This document shows, piece after piece, positions 38,401 through 50,821 of a DNA stretch of 64,000 bases. Both the position numbers and the translations under genes were made by a program. The DNA comes from Basidiobolus meristosporus CBS 931.73 (Eukaryota; Fungi; Basidiobolomycota), in contig MCFE01000363.1 in NCBI GenBank assembly GCA_002104905.1, positions 23,270-87,269 of the forward strand, read 5' to 3'. The notes under the pieces are model-generated. The model did not search any database and was not told the DNA's origin. It saw only the letters and a list, made by a program, of their open reading frames with translations. How positions within the stretch are numbered: position 1 is the stretch's first letter; the number at the start of each line of letters is the position of its first letter.

Positions 38401-40557
38401 CATCAGCTGGCTGGCAATCATGTGGGCATTCTACAGGTAAACCATGATTCATGTAATATTCACCACATATTTCATACTACTTGGGCTCGGTGGCCACCCA
38501 GAGCTCACCAGTGCCATAGCGACTGGTCGACCGTAGGTTTATCTAGAATTATTGAGATTCTGAGATCAACAGTGAATGCATCCGCCATGCACTCCACACC
38601 AGTACGAAACTATCACCACATTAGGCACTCCAAATGGCAATTCGATTTGCTTGATATTTCCTGCGATGAGATCCCAAATTTTCATGATATGAAAACGATC
38701 TTGCTCATACCCCGCAGTAGAGGCATTAGTCCCTAGTAGGGTATACTCTCCATGGGATGGTGCCCCTGGTCCAACAAGCCCGTTGGAGATAATCCTAGTA
38801 GGCTGTATTCGTTGTAATTAGCAATAAATAATTCCAAATGAAACGTCGACAGCCTAAGTGCGTATGCAAATTCATCCCCACGAGGCCGACATATTGTCAG
38901 CTGGCTGGGCATACAGGGTAAGAATATTGTTGAGAAACTCATGTGTATCAGTGATGCAGTGAGAATAAGCAGTCCGCCTACAGCGTAGGCTACGGGTAAA
39001 CATTTACGTACAGACGCAGCAATGCAGTCCCTAACTCCACGTCAATGCTGTTCAGACGATGTACTCCATACTCCATATTTCTACAAGTATTTCGCAAGAA
39101 ATGGGTGATGGAGACTAATAGAGTTAATACAATTTCCGGTTCGGAAACCTGTTCGGCTGGATTTTCTTCATTGTGCCATACTGAAACATGCAGCCTGGTG
39201 AAACCAAAGGAAAAGTGCGGTCAAGACATGATTCACGTTTCGCCACCACTCCTGATCATACAATTAAGGGTTCTCCATAAACATCCCAGCCTTTGGACCT
39301 TCGTAGTTCATATGGGATACCACCACGTTCCGGTATGGTCGATATTCACACCATTTGGTTCCCAAAATCGAATTTATCGAACACTCCGCCTGATTATCTT
39401 GTGGCGACTTGAACCATTGAAATCGCCGTGGTCTACCAATACGGTAATCGAGGTGCCACTGTGGTTGATTTGGGAAGATCTGTTGGTTTCATTCAATGTC
39501 ATCTCATGTCGAGCCTCGGTGCGTGATGCACATCACCCATCAATGGAAGCAAAAGCCCCAAACTATCTGCGAATCACTGCCCACAGAGACAAAGATACCC
39601 TTGAGCCTCGGCTATCAAGAGACGTATTTGTAGCCAGCCATGGCGGCAGAATGAGTTCAGCGCGATCCTCTCAGAGACCACATCATGACACCAGGGGAAG
39701 GGAGGATCAAATGCTAAGCCAAGACCGGTTTTCCGAATCTCACGAGGCTTCCTGATTTGCTGCATTCCAACATCATCATCTTAGATTCCATCTTTACGAC
39801 AATCATGAGGTCGATGCCACCCCGTCTAACGCATCCGTCTCACTCATCTGAATGCCATATCCCCAGTTTATCAATCTTGAGCTGATATACTCTTCGAAGG
39901 AACCCATTTGATGATTTCGGTGCATTGCGGGAGCCATCCACTGCGTGCGATTAGTGTCCCGACTGTGGCTTAGAGACATAGCTAAGGGTAAAGCTTGGAT
40001 GAAATGGTGCCCTCCTGCGGCCTGATTGGTGATTCTCAAAGCGTATACAGGGCCCGGTATAACGCTCTGCACCATGTACTACGGTCGAATACGAACTATG
40101 ATGATCGTGTGTAGTTGGATGCTCAATGTGTGGGTGGCTGACTGCTGTTTACTTTAATACGTTCACATACTGACAAGATATTCTATTGCGGTAGCCGAAT
40201 AGAACAATAATCGGTGTATACAAAACGGGCACCATATGTACATCAAGGCCGGGACAGGTCAGTTTGAAATGATAATACATCGCCAAGCTTTGGGCAAGCA
40301 CATGCGAGATGATGGAGTGGAAATAAATGTAGAACGATGGACGAGGTGAAAATTTTGCGCTGTATACAAAATGCGTTGGAAAAAGTTGATGGGTGGGGGC
40401 GACAGAAGCAAATAGTGGTACTGACACTCCAGGTAAGATTCATTCAATCTGCTCTCTCGGATGCAGTAAGCATCTTTAGAGACCTGACTACTAACTGTCA
40501 GACTGATTTATGGCCATCAATGACTAAATTGTATAATAACCAGGCACCCTTTTGTAG

Positions 40558-41403
40558 CTAAAGAGATACAGGAAGCCAGCGGCTAGTGCTATCCTCGACT
40601 GGTGGAGGATTCAGATGGCTCGACAGTGGAGGCAGCATTCGGTCTTCGGGACAGCTGGACTGAAATATGCGAGCCAGATTAATAGGAAGGAGCTTCTTGG
40701 AGGAGTCGTATGTCTCCAGGATGCTGGAAGCATATGAGAACAACGGCGATGAGCCAGGCAGAGAATGCTTTCGTCGGTGACTCACCCAATCCCCCTTGGT
40801 ATCCGACTCCAAAAATGCCGACTCCCCATCCTCAGAAAAACCAAATCCTCGAAAGGAACCGCTCAATGACGTTGACGGAGATACCACACTGTCGGCTTCA
40901 GGGTCATACCTAGGAGTCGGTGGAGTGTTTGGGGTTGTATTCGACCCCTTCTTATTTGGATCCCACGACGAAGACTCTACATCCGAATTATTGATCTCTT
41001 GGAAGGCACGCTTCATCTTGGATTTTTTTACAGGTGATTGGCTACTGTAATGTGAAATCTTTGTCACTGTACTATGCAGCGATGATGAACCAAGGTCGGC
41101 TGGTGTGTGCAAATGAATATGAAGAGGTTTCTGATCCAATGCATTTGGCCGTTTCTTATGAATACGAACATGGCGTGTAAGCTCGTCGGAACGTGAAAAT
41201 CTCTTGTTGCAACCAGGGTGAGAGCACGAGTAGGGCTTCTCGCCGGTGTGTGTACGTCGATGCCTTTGTAAATGCTCTTGCCTTACAAATTCTTTGTTAC
41301 AGAGATCACACTTGAATGGGCGAGATGCTAGGCTAATTGAACAGCGCTTGTAAGATAGAGCAGCGTCGTTCATGGTGTGCAAGTAGGTTGCAATAGGAAT
41401 CAA
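40558..41403 (-). CDS. C2H2 zinc-finger transcription factor, CreA/Mig1-type (carbon catabolite repressor-like), 281 aa
   Basis: [55 protein letters not shown] matches the CreA/Mig1 two-finger pattern. Ser/Pro-rich middle and C-terminal LPPL motif. Orthology is unproven. Confidence 0.88.
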   Translation of the reverse strand: MIPIATYLHTMNDAALSYKRCSISLASRPFKCDLCNKEFVRQEHLQRHRRTHTGEKPYSCSHPGCNKRFSRSDELTRHVRIHKKRPNALDQKPLHIHLHTPADLGSSSLHSTVTKISHYSSQSPVKKSKMKRAFQEINNSDVESSSWDPNKKGSNTTPNTPPTPRYDPEADSVVSPSTSLSGSFRGFGFSEDGESAFLESDTKGDWVSHRRKHSLPGSSPLFSYASSILETYDSSKKLLPINLARIFQSSCPEDRMLPPLSSHLNPPPVEDSTSRWLPVSL

Positions 41404-42849
41404 GGTCAGAAAACAAGTTGGAAAAGAATAAGGAGCTCTATTTCGCAGGTTGTGGAGATTGGGCGTCAGGAAGCACGAGGACTGTGGTGCGAGTAGATTG
41501 GTAGGGCCAAAGGATAAAGGACTAACGGCTACTTTACAAAGGGATAAACAAATGCAATGCCTCGTTGGCCAAGCGAGGCTTCGTATTTAAATGTTTATGA
41601 TCCTGCGGAGATTGCCACATGGGCTCGAAAATCACCAGACAATGGCCCTCATAGATGGAGATTGTAAATTCATCGCATAAGAAAATAAGAATTCGACAAA
41701 TATAATAAAAATCCGAAATTAATTAATTGCTCGGACTAGAGTAACCAGACATATGAGAGCAAAAGTGTGTTGAGACCGGTAACGGAGATATATTGGTTAA
41801 TTGGATAGTCTGAATCATAGCCGAAAGAATCAGAGTGGAGGTGTTACCTCACGCAAAACCCAACTGCTAAATAAATGGAGGAAACACTAGGCATTCGAGG
41901 ATTCACACGATCACACGCTTTTGAGGAAAGCCGAAACCTTTGCATCTGAATCAGCCAAATTCTTGAATTAATCCGATACTGCTAGGCAAATGCAAGATTC
42001 CAACACCTGGACGACTTTTCCAATCCAAAAGAATACCGCTCCTGCCCCTAGTTAATGTTTCAGAGTTCGCAGTTTGCTGTGGAATCAGGGCACCATCGGT
42101 ACTCATTGAAGGTTTCAGAGCAAGCGTGCCCAACCCTAGTGGCCTCCAATTTCCGCAAGACCATCGGTGGCTGTCTGCCGTTCTGGCCTTGGGGCCCAAG
42201 TAACCCGGCTGGCTTAAACACAACGGAGTCCCCCGTTGAGCCGTGAAAATCCTCCCAGTTTCACTTCATGGCAAAACCCAGACTAATGGAATAATGTGTT
42301 GATTGGCCCTTGGTGGCGTGTGCAACCCAACCTAATCCAGCAAGTGCCTAAAGTGATGTGGCTACTGGGTGTTGGACCGTTACCTTAGAATGGATTCAGG
42401 CAGAGGCATGGTTGAGCAGGCGGATCAACTGCGCACATGTCAAGGGGAAATCTATTTGCCTCTGCATGATTCAAGCCTTCATCGTCATGCCGTGAAGGTG
42501 GACTCTTTATTCCTTCTCTTCATGCTTGCCAAAAAGGTAAATTCCACGTCAAATGACTGGTCGACTTCTCAAGATGGAATTAATTTGTGGGGAAGGAAAT
42601 AGCTCAATTAAGCAGGAAGCCACCTATGGAAGGGTCCGGAGCGCTCAAGTAAATGATACCTTTTGTGTAACTGGTTTCAGATCCTTAAAATGATGCACTT
42701 TCCTCATCATTTCACACTGCTTTGAGCTGTTGATCAGCACTGTTGTCGAAGATAGTTGGCTGTAACACATTCATCCGTCAATCTCCCCAGTGCGTATGGA
42801 ACTTAGAGTCGGATCATTATTGGCATTTCTGCATGACTGCTCCTCCAGT

Positions 42850-43250
42850 GATGCTGAGTCAAGATCATTCCCATAGCCATTGGTTCACAGATTTCGCATA
42901 CAGATGCACGCATACAATATATGTGCTGTGGATGGGGCAATGTCAGACTTGTTTATAGATCTCATCATTTCTTTTTAACGAATGTGAGAAAGTTTATTCA
43001 CCACGGTTCTGAATAACCACGAGTCAATTGGAACTGTACCTCTGTGTTTTAGAGAGTACTCGTTGGGGCTAATTTGTACCCCTATACTGTATTTTGTATT
43101 TCACCAGATACAATGTTTCAAGCTTAAGGTGGATGCGCTATAGTAGCCTAGTTGGATGGTCCCAATCCCTTGCTGGCTCTATAGGTTGCATTCGAGAATC
43201 CTCGTGAGCACTTCATCTTATTTAGTATAGCCTACTGCTCGTTTAGATCT
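42850..43250 (-). mobile_element. Possible PIF/Harbinger transposase (DDE_Tnp_4) remnant
   Basis: Broken minus-strand frames give AHEDSRM (cf. GSAHDSRV), YRG...LSKHRGTV (cf. LSxxRxxVE) and HILYACICMRNL (cf. IxxACxxLHN) in the expected order. Confidence 0.4.
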
Positions 43251-43399
43251 TTCCCATGCGCGACGACCTTTTCTCAAGCTTCCCTTTCCCACTCAGGGTC
43301 TCACTAGCCAACTTTAAAACGGCTTTCTTGGATTTTGAATTCCGTCTTTAGAATGCTTGTGAATACCAGTTGAGTTCCACCCCCCACTCTCGACTTTTT

Positions 43400-43900
43400 T
43401 CGGATCCGGCCAATGTGGCGGCTGAGGCAGTATACTCTGTGTTTTGCGGGACGACAGTCATGCCTGGCTAGAGTCACCACTATTCCCTAATACCACGATT
43501 GTAGGTGTTTGCATGCGGTTACTCAAAACGGTATCTCCGATTACTCGATTAAGGTATATTATTAACATTGATTTACTTCTCGGGCAGCAATACACCTGTC
43601 AATGTATACTAATGTCCATATATAGATGATGGCTTTATTTCCCATTAATAATGCCAAACCCCATTCATTGATGCATCACAGCCTTTTAAAGAGCCAGACA
43701 TTTTCCTTGATTATCGAACGGTACTGATTTGTGTCGAACTCGCGTAAACATCCTATTTTTCCTATTTCACCAGAATTAACTTTTGCCCAGTGGGTTGATA
43801 GTGGTGCCCAAAATGAGCAGCAAAGGGATACCATCATGTGCAGTGTTGGCGGGCTATACCATTGGATTGTCATAGGGCCGAGGTAAGGAGATATATCATG
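43400..43900 (-). mobile_element. Possible Tc1/mariner (DDE_3) transposase remnant
   Basis: MMVSLCC...GCLREFDTNQYRSIIKENV (cf. VMVWGCF...GxMNSxxYxxILEENL), followed by ILPQPPHWPDPKKVES (cf. WPPQSPDLNPIEN). Confidence 0.35.
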
Positions 43901-44739
43901 ATTTATATTATTCTACCAAAACGATGATTGAGAACCTGCTGAAGCAGGTTTCAAGCGGAGTGCTAGATGGCACCTGATGCGTTATTGAGAAAACTCCATC
44001 GAAACTTGCCTATATTTGCTACAGTGCCACTTCAAACAGGATCTTCAGAACCAAAGGCTCTAGGAATCCGTACATTTCGACTACTGTGCATACGCTGAGT
44101 AGCCATCTAGGACCCGCTGTACTGATACTTCGCTCTGTGATACGGCTTATGATATGTGCTAATTGGGTCTAAGCTAAGGGGACTTTGTGTATGGTCTACA
44201 TATCTTGATCATCAATGCACGAACTAGGATTACAGATCCATCATTTGGATGCCTGTCTCCACAAAGAGCATCAAAGCACCACAAGTCGAATCAATTGAAT
44301 GAAGGACTTCTAAATATGCTCTGTTCCGAATGAGATTATCTAGAAGGGTTAGCCGTCCCAATGATGTTTTACTGATCAATTGATCGCTATTACAACATCC
44401 GGCGTTTTCATGATTCAGTTCCTGTAGATAGAAAACTGGCTGGCTGTACAGCGAGATCTGATTCCGGCTGACCTAATAATAATTGTAGGGCTGCTGTCAA
44501 TCAACTTGTGGGGAATGGGCTGTATCAAAAACCGCTGAACCATGAAGGCACGCTTAATGCATTACTAGACCTGGGGCCTGTCTGCCATATATTCAACTCT
44601 TGCGGTCAGTATTCATTAAACTCAACCAATCATTGCTGCTCTAGAGATCGTTCAAGTAATGGGCCTCGTGAAAATATCGTGATTGAGGCAGAATGCTTGG
44701 GAAACATCATCACAGGTCATTGCTAGAGCATCACGTTAT

Positions 44740-44810
44740 TTAGCCAGCTTAGAGTTAAATAGTATCGAGACCTTCTGGCACATGAAGAACCAATTGTTTT
44801 CAAGACCCTT
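44740..44810 (+). mobile_element. Tc1/IS630-type transposase fragment
   Basis: SLELNSIETFWHMKNQL resembles SPELNPIENLWxxLK. Confidence 0.4.
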
Positions 44811-44899
44811 ACCTCTGGTCTCTCACGCCAACGGCCCATCCACAAATGTTGCTATTTGCCCAAGTATTCATATGCTACTATTTTTACCGACAGCAGCAT

Positions 44900-45450
44900 G
44901 GTTTTGGCAATATATGGCTATACTGCCCCAAGTGGAGCAAACATGATAGGGATAAGATTGTATTTTACCACGGGATTGTGTGGTGGCACCACAGTGGTAC
45001 TCAGATGTGGAGGATCCCGACGTTTGTATAGCCAATGACAATGTGGCAAGCATCCATCACCAGTCCCCCTTGTATGTTTCAGCTGAGCTGTACACAGTAT
45101 TTTCACGAATTCAACCACAAAGTTTCACCATCTCCATCTCCACAGATGATGATGGAAAAGCACAAGGTTACGAGCGGAACTATTCAAAGGAAAATGTTCC
45201 CACCATGTCCTCTTGACTACAGATTTTCATGAACTTGGACCATTGGCTCTGCAGCTAATTGCAGTATCTATCTAAAAACGGCTTGCTGACAAGCCCGTTT
45301 AGCGCTGTTGCACAAGACAATCAGTTGAGCACTGAAGCCTCAATCAAAGAGAGTATAGGTTCTCATGCGGGAAGTATCTTTGGGTTGGAAACCCATCAGC
45401 GTACCATTTACGAAGGCTTTCTTTGTTGTACACGAACATTAGATCATATG
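44900..45450 (+). mobile_element. Possible Ty3/gypsy integrase remnant
   Basis: RDCVVAPQWYSDVEDPDVC...RIQPQSFTISISTD loosely matches the integrase zinc-binding region (YWWPxMxxDVxxYVxxCxxC...PFxxISxD). Heavily degraded. Confidence 0.3.
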
Positions 45451-47851
45451 CTGTAGCATTTGTTGAATTGATCTCATCGGAGTGTTAGTGGCAATGGGCA
45501 TCCAGCCATGTCATAGTTCAACGCCTAGGCTTAAACATCCTTCCTGTTTTGGCGGGAGGTCTTAGATTCTAATTCGGCTTTATGGTGAGGGCGTTCGATT
45601 CCGAATCGGCTCAGCCATCGAGGGTGCAACAACCGGCTCGGCAAGTATCTCTGGGTGTATAAAGTATTTGAATGTAGTTTACTAATACAGTTTCCAGAAC
45701 CCGATCCTGGATACAATTAGCTAGTCATACTCACACTGGGATTTTCATCCAAGGTGTAGCGATGAAAGTATTATAACTAAATTGGAAACCAATCAGGAAG
45801 GACAAGCCATCCTGAAACTAGAGTATAAGATTCAAAAGGAGCGTGAGAAAATCCCTTTGCAGCTGGCCCCAATGAGAACACTAGATATTCTTAACTTCCT
45901 GCAATGCTTACAGCGAACCTCTCTCATGAAAAGATGTTTCAAACACAACCACCCTTGCTGGAAACATTCTATAAGCAGGACCTCTGACTATTACGTAACG
46001 TGAAAGAGGAACTTCCTACCATTCAAATACGATACACAGCCCTTGACAGAGTTACAGCAAGGGAGCTCAATAAGCCAAGATCTTTGCTATTGGTGGATCG
46101 AAATGGCGTCCACGATGCTGATTCTCTTTTGAGGTTTTCAACCGAGTCACTGGATTCGGCACCTCAAACAGGTTTTCAACTTAACTCATGAGGCACCGAA
46201 TTCTCAAAAATTCGCAGCTTAATGCCTGAGAAATTCTACCTGCTAGTGGGGTTGGGATGGCTTGACAAGCTGGGTCTGTTATTGGATGGGTACATACACT
46301 TACCTCGAACTTCTCACCCAGTGAATGGGCTACAGCTAGTCTTATAGTCGCTGAGCATTATACCCATTTTTTGACCCATAAAAGATCAGGTGTCGCAGTT
46401 GTATCTTGGGTTACATGATTATTATGTGTATTTGACTCTCAATGCGCAACAGGATTTTACAAGATAGTTGTTACCAGTGTGAGCCATTCAACCAAGAATA
46501 GAGCCATTGGAGTTCATTTTAAGGAATACGCCTTCTGGACAGCAGGTTCACCCTACTATGTAGCCCATATTGATAAGCCTTTCGACAGCTGGCGTATAGG
46601 CTCGATTCCGTTGCCCTCGATAAATTTTCCCACCTGAGCCAACCTTCGAGTGGTCGAGATACCTGTATCCCTGATGAAATGATGGTGAGTATTTTCCGCT
46701 ATTCATCCAGCTAGCAGCAATGAAACAATTGGTCAACGAACCAGTTTGACCTTCCACTTCATGTGGTTGATGCTGATGGTGTGAGGTCTTTCTGAATAGG
46801 ATGGGTTTCTTATAGACATTGAAGGACGTTACTTGTACTTTTCAATCAGCTCTATCTCCAACACCTTACTATTGGCCACCACAAGTTGTGGAAAGTAGCA
46901 CTTTACTACATGCCAACCAGTATCTCAATGCCCTGATACTCTTTCATGGACAGGGATGTCTTTCTGGAGGCAAGTCTGGTTGGCCGAAAAGGTATTGCTG
47001 AAGTTTGTAAAGTAGCCTGTATAACATTTTATACATCCTTCTATGTCAACGGATATTGATTCTTTGAGGCCCGAAATATCTTGTTGCGTCTTGGTAAAAT
47101 GAATGAGTGCTTTAGAGGGAGCCTGGTCATTTCCAAGCCTGTCACATTCACTACCTGATTCTAAAACCCTCATATAGGCATGACAACTATGGTAGAATTC
47201 AATTCTCTAAGCACACTCAGGTATCCTCTGACCCCTCCCCCATCAAATAACCATCAACAACGTGCACTCGATAAATCACCACCATGTCAGGGGCAAGTGT
47301 TGCCCACCATAGCCCTCAGTATATATATCTTACGTGGGACCCGCAGTTTTTAAATGGGATAGGTGTTGCTTCCAGAAGGCCTGGAATTAAAATACCATCT
47401 CTATATGACCTAATCAGAGCCATGCACCGGAAGAAATGTGTCCCATGACTCTCAGTACTCTTGAGATGTTTTTACATTTACTTTTACGTTGTAAAGAACT
47501 ACATTGAATGGTGAGTTCTATATGTACTATTCCACACGTCATCCTCGTCATTAATCAAACACCAATATCCGAATGTATTACTTATTAGAAACGAATATAG
47601 ATTTCATAACCAAGTTACGACATGGTTTGGTTACTTGTGAAGTAGTCCAGGGAATAAGCGGCATCACTACTCCCTTGACCTGTCTGTGTCCTTCAGGTTA
47701 CAAACGTCAAACAAGGAGTTCTAAGATTGTTTCGTAGTGTGGTGGTGAAATTTCCTTAAGTTTCATGGATCCAATATAATAATAAACGGCAACAAACCTA
47801 GCCTTGGTTTTTTACGTATGGGAGTATCATCCCGATTGAACTTTTTATAAA

Positions 47852-49377
47852 ATGTTTTTGATCCTATTCAACCTTGTATTTCTATTATTCCGCCATGCTT
47901 CCGGCGAGATATTGCCAGTTGGTGTCGTCGCTCCAGTTAACCAGGCCGTAGTTAGCCACTACGATTTGTCAAAAGTCCCCAGTATCCAACCCAAGATGGC
48001 AGGTACTGGTACTTGCACGACATGTCGCCCCGAAAGCTGCGAGACCTGCTGGGAAACATGTGGAATTTGCCCGCAACCAAGCGACGTGAAAGCATGCCCA
48101 ACACCAAATAATATCGGTCTAACTTTTGATGATGGTCCAGGGTAAGTGAATATCAGGCTGCTTAAATGCCATACATATTAACCCTGATTTTCCACATTGC
48201 TAGAGAGCATACACCCGAATTGCTCGATATTCTAGCTGCTCATAATATCAAAGCCACTTTTTGTGTTATTGGCGTCCTACTCCAGCAGCCCTCTCACGCA
48301 CTCACATTGAAGCGTATTCACGATGAAGGCCACACACTATGCTCCCACACTTGGTCCCACCAACATCTCATGTCACTTACCAATGAAGAGATTGTATCGG
48401 AATTGAAAACTACAGAAGATCTAATAGTGAAGATCACTGGAGTAAGACCGCGTTATGTCAGACCACCATGTAAGTTACAATATGCGTTGTTGCCGTAAAG
48501 CCTGACTGACTTGCAGTGATAGTTGGTGAAGTTGACGATAGAGTGCGTGCAGTCATGGAGGCCATGGATTACAAAGTATTGATGTGGAACTTGTAAGTCC
48601 TGCTATTAAATGAGTCTCTCGTTCCATTATCTCACCAAAGGTGTATTAGGGATACCCTTGATTGGAAGTATCATAGTTCCTCGCCAGACGAGATCCACAT
48701 TGCTGTCGAGAAAAACCTTAAAGACGCCTCAATTGAGAACCGAAGCTGGATCACGCTGATGCATGATATCTACGGCCCGTCAGTACATCAAGTAGAGAAA
48801 ATTATACACACGGGAAAACAGATGGGCCTAGGGTTCTTGAGTGCAGGGCAGTGCCTAGGAGAGCCATTCATACAGCCCAATCACCCGTTGCTCACTATGC
48901 CTGCGTTGGAGTTAAATAATACGTTCCTTGATCCGACTGGCCGAGCACTCACGAACAGTTCCATCGACTCAAGCCAAGGTTAATTGATCTCCGATTAATC
49001 GGTCGTTGATTTGATCCCCATCCTCTTCACAGTCTAATTAATATTTTGATTCCTCAGCATTGCAACCGCATCTATTCAACCCGCATTCACCTACCTATCA
49101 CAATGAGGCGGACCCCAATAGTAAGATAAGAAACAACACTCGAAGTATGGCAACCGCCCTGCCTAATTAGCAAATACAATATACTAACCAGATAATAGCC
49201 ATAGATCCAGGCCTGACTCAACCACCATCTACAATGACTATTAATGGCTCGTCTGCAAGCACACGCCCAACAAACCCAGTCCAGCTCAAAAACCAAACCG
49301 AGCCGTTGAGAGCGATGTTCTCCACAATCGGGGCTTTGCTTCCATCCTTTTTATTGTGGTACTATCTATATTGTTAG
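47852..49377 (+). CDS. Chitin/polysaccharide deacetylase (CE4, NodB domain), secreted and probably GPI-anchored, ~398 aa, 6 exons (47852-48141, 48204-48469, 48523-48592, 48650-48978, 49058-49120, 49199-49377)
   Basis: Signal peptide, Cys-rich CWETCGIC segment, and CE4 motifs TFDDGP, SHTWSH, RPPFG, DTLDW and LMHD. The splice model sums to 1197 nt and ends in a Ser/Thr-rich linker plus the hydrophobic tail AMFSTIGALLPSFLLWYYLYC*. The last two exons are less certain. Confidence 0.9.
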
Positions 49378-50821
49378 CGATGCAGTACAGCACTTCATAT
49401 CGGTCAAGGGTATCGATTGCCATTAATCCTATGGAGAGATCTACGTATATCAAGCAAGCGGGCTAATATCAAATAAACTAAAGCCTTGACTTAATTTGCA
49501 CGGGTGACAATAGCCCGCTAGGGAAAATAGAGTATGGTGGCCTGAAGAAGTCGGTCCATAACTTGCTCAGAGCCCAGTATGCAGCGCTGAAAGTATCAGG
49601 CCCTCTGGAGGTGGTCGAAAAAGATCCCGTGTAACGTGAAAAGAAAGTGTGCGTGTGAAATCCAATGCAATCAGATCTGCTAGGATAGTTGGTAGTGTAG
49701 GATGACTCGTTGAGAGAGCCAATGCTGTTCCGCTCTGATATAGGGGACAGGAATCTACTGATCGCGCTGCCTCTTTTGCACCATGGTGAGTGCGCATTTA
49801 GAAATCCCATCCAAATCAACGCATGTGAGTAATCATTTCACCTGCACGTTGAGGCAACGCTTAAGGTCAAAGAGCATACCAAAGTTTCACATTGCCGCCC
49901 CTGTAGTGAAATATGGAAAACCCATCATCAGCCAGCTGCATACTGAGTTCACTTTGGACAGCCCAAGCAGCCCCGGCGCTCTTACGTGCTCCTGAATACC
50001 CCAGTTCTATTTTAAGGTCAAGAAACAATCGGTTGATAAGGATTACGATAGACAACCGAAAACCAGTTTCGATTTATCCTTTTTGAGCGGAAGGCGGGCT
50101 GGTTTAGCTTCCTGGAACGTGATCATATTTTGCTATGCCTTCCATATCTGTGCATCTATTCCAGAATGGGTCTCCAGGAGCTGATCAATACCCGAGAAAG
50201 TAATCTGGGAGAGCAACGCATTAACGATGACACGGAGCAGACAGTGGGTGGAATTCGTCTCCATTCAAGACAGCCATCAGGAACCTGTGAATTGACTCAC
50301 CTCCGCCGCGTTTATGGCGGAGTAGAGCGATGAGAGAGTATGACACACCCTTGAGTCAGAGTTGCTGATGACTGGGAATATGGGATGCCAAATTTAGACG
50401 AGTGGGTTGTACAAATCCTTCTGATCTTGTGAGGCACTAAACGTTGCTGGCTACCTTTTTAGGAAGGGTCGAGGAACTTCGCTGCTCTTATACTGCTGTG
50501 TGTGGCTCATTTTACAGTGGTGGATGATAGACTTCACTCATACCTCGCGCATTTGATAATCTTTGATCGCTAGCTCGTATGACTCAGGTGGCAGTGTCCA
50601 ATCACATGTCTTCACCAGCATGGGTGTAATGTTCGTACATCCATGATATGTCATGCATTATCACATTTATGATCAAGGCCCAGTTTCATGCCGCCCGAGC
50701 AGTATATTAACTGTGGTGTGGGCGGTCCCTTCAGAATTATCCTGAACTCGACCTCGAAGTCTGTACTCATCTGCCTTCGCTCGCTCAATCCAATCCTTAC
50801 CTCCCTCCACACAGTATAAAC

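Noticed and set aside
39045-39755. 236-aa plus-strand ORF
   Set aside because: It has no recognisable domain and its composition is unlike the real genes here. It cannot be supported as a gene without expression or homology data.
46500-47000. Integrase-like words (PHEVEGQTGSLTN on minus; MDRD..FWRQVW on plus)
   Set aside because: The motif-like fragments point to opposite strands, so the assignment is inconsistent.
50350-50650. Possible Ty3/gypsy integrase remnant on the minus strand (FGIPY..VISNSDSR)
   Set aside because: The similarity is weak and needs several frameshifts, so it was not listed as a feature.
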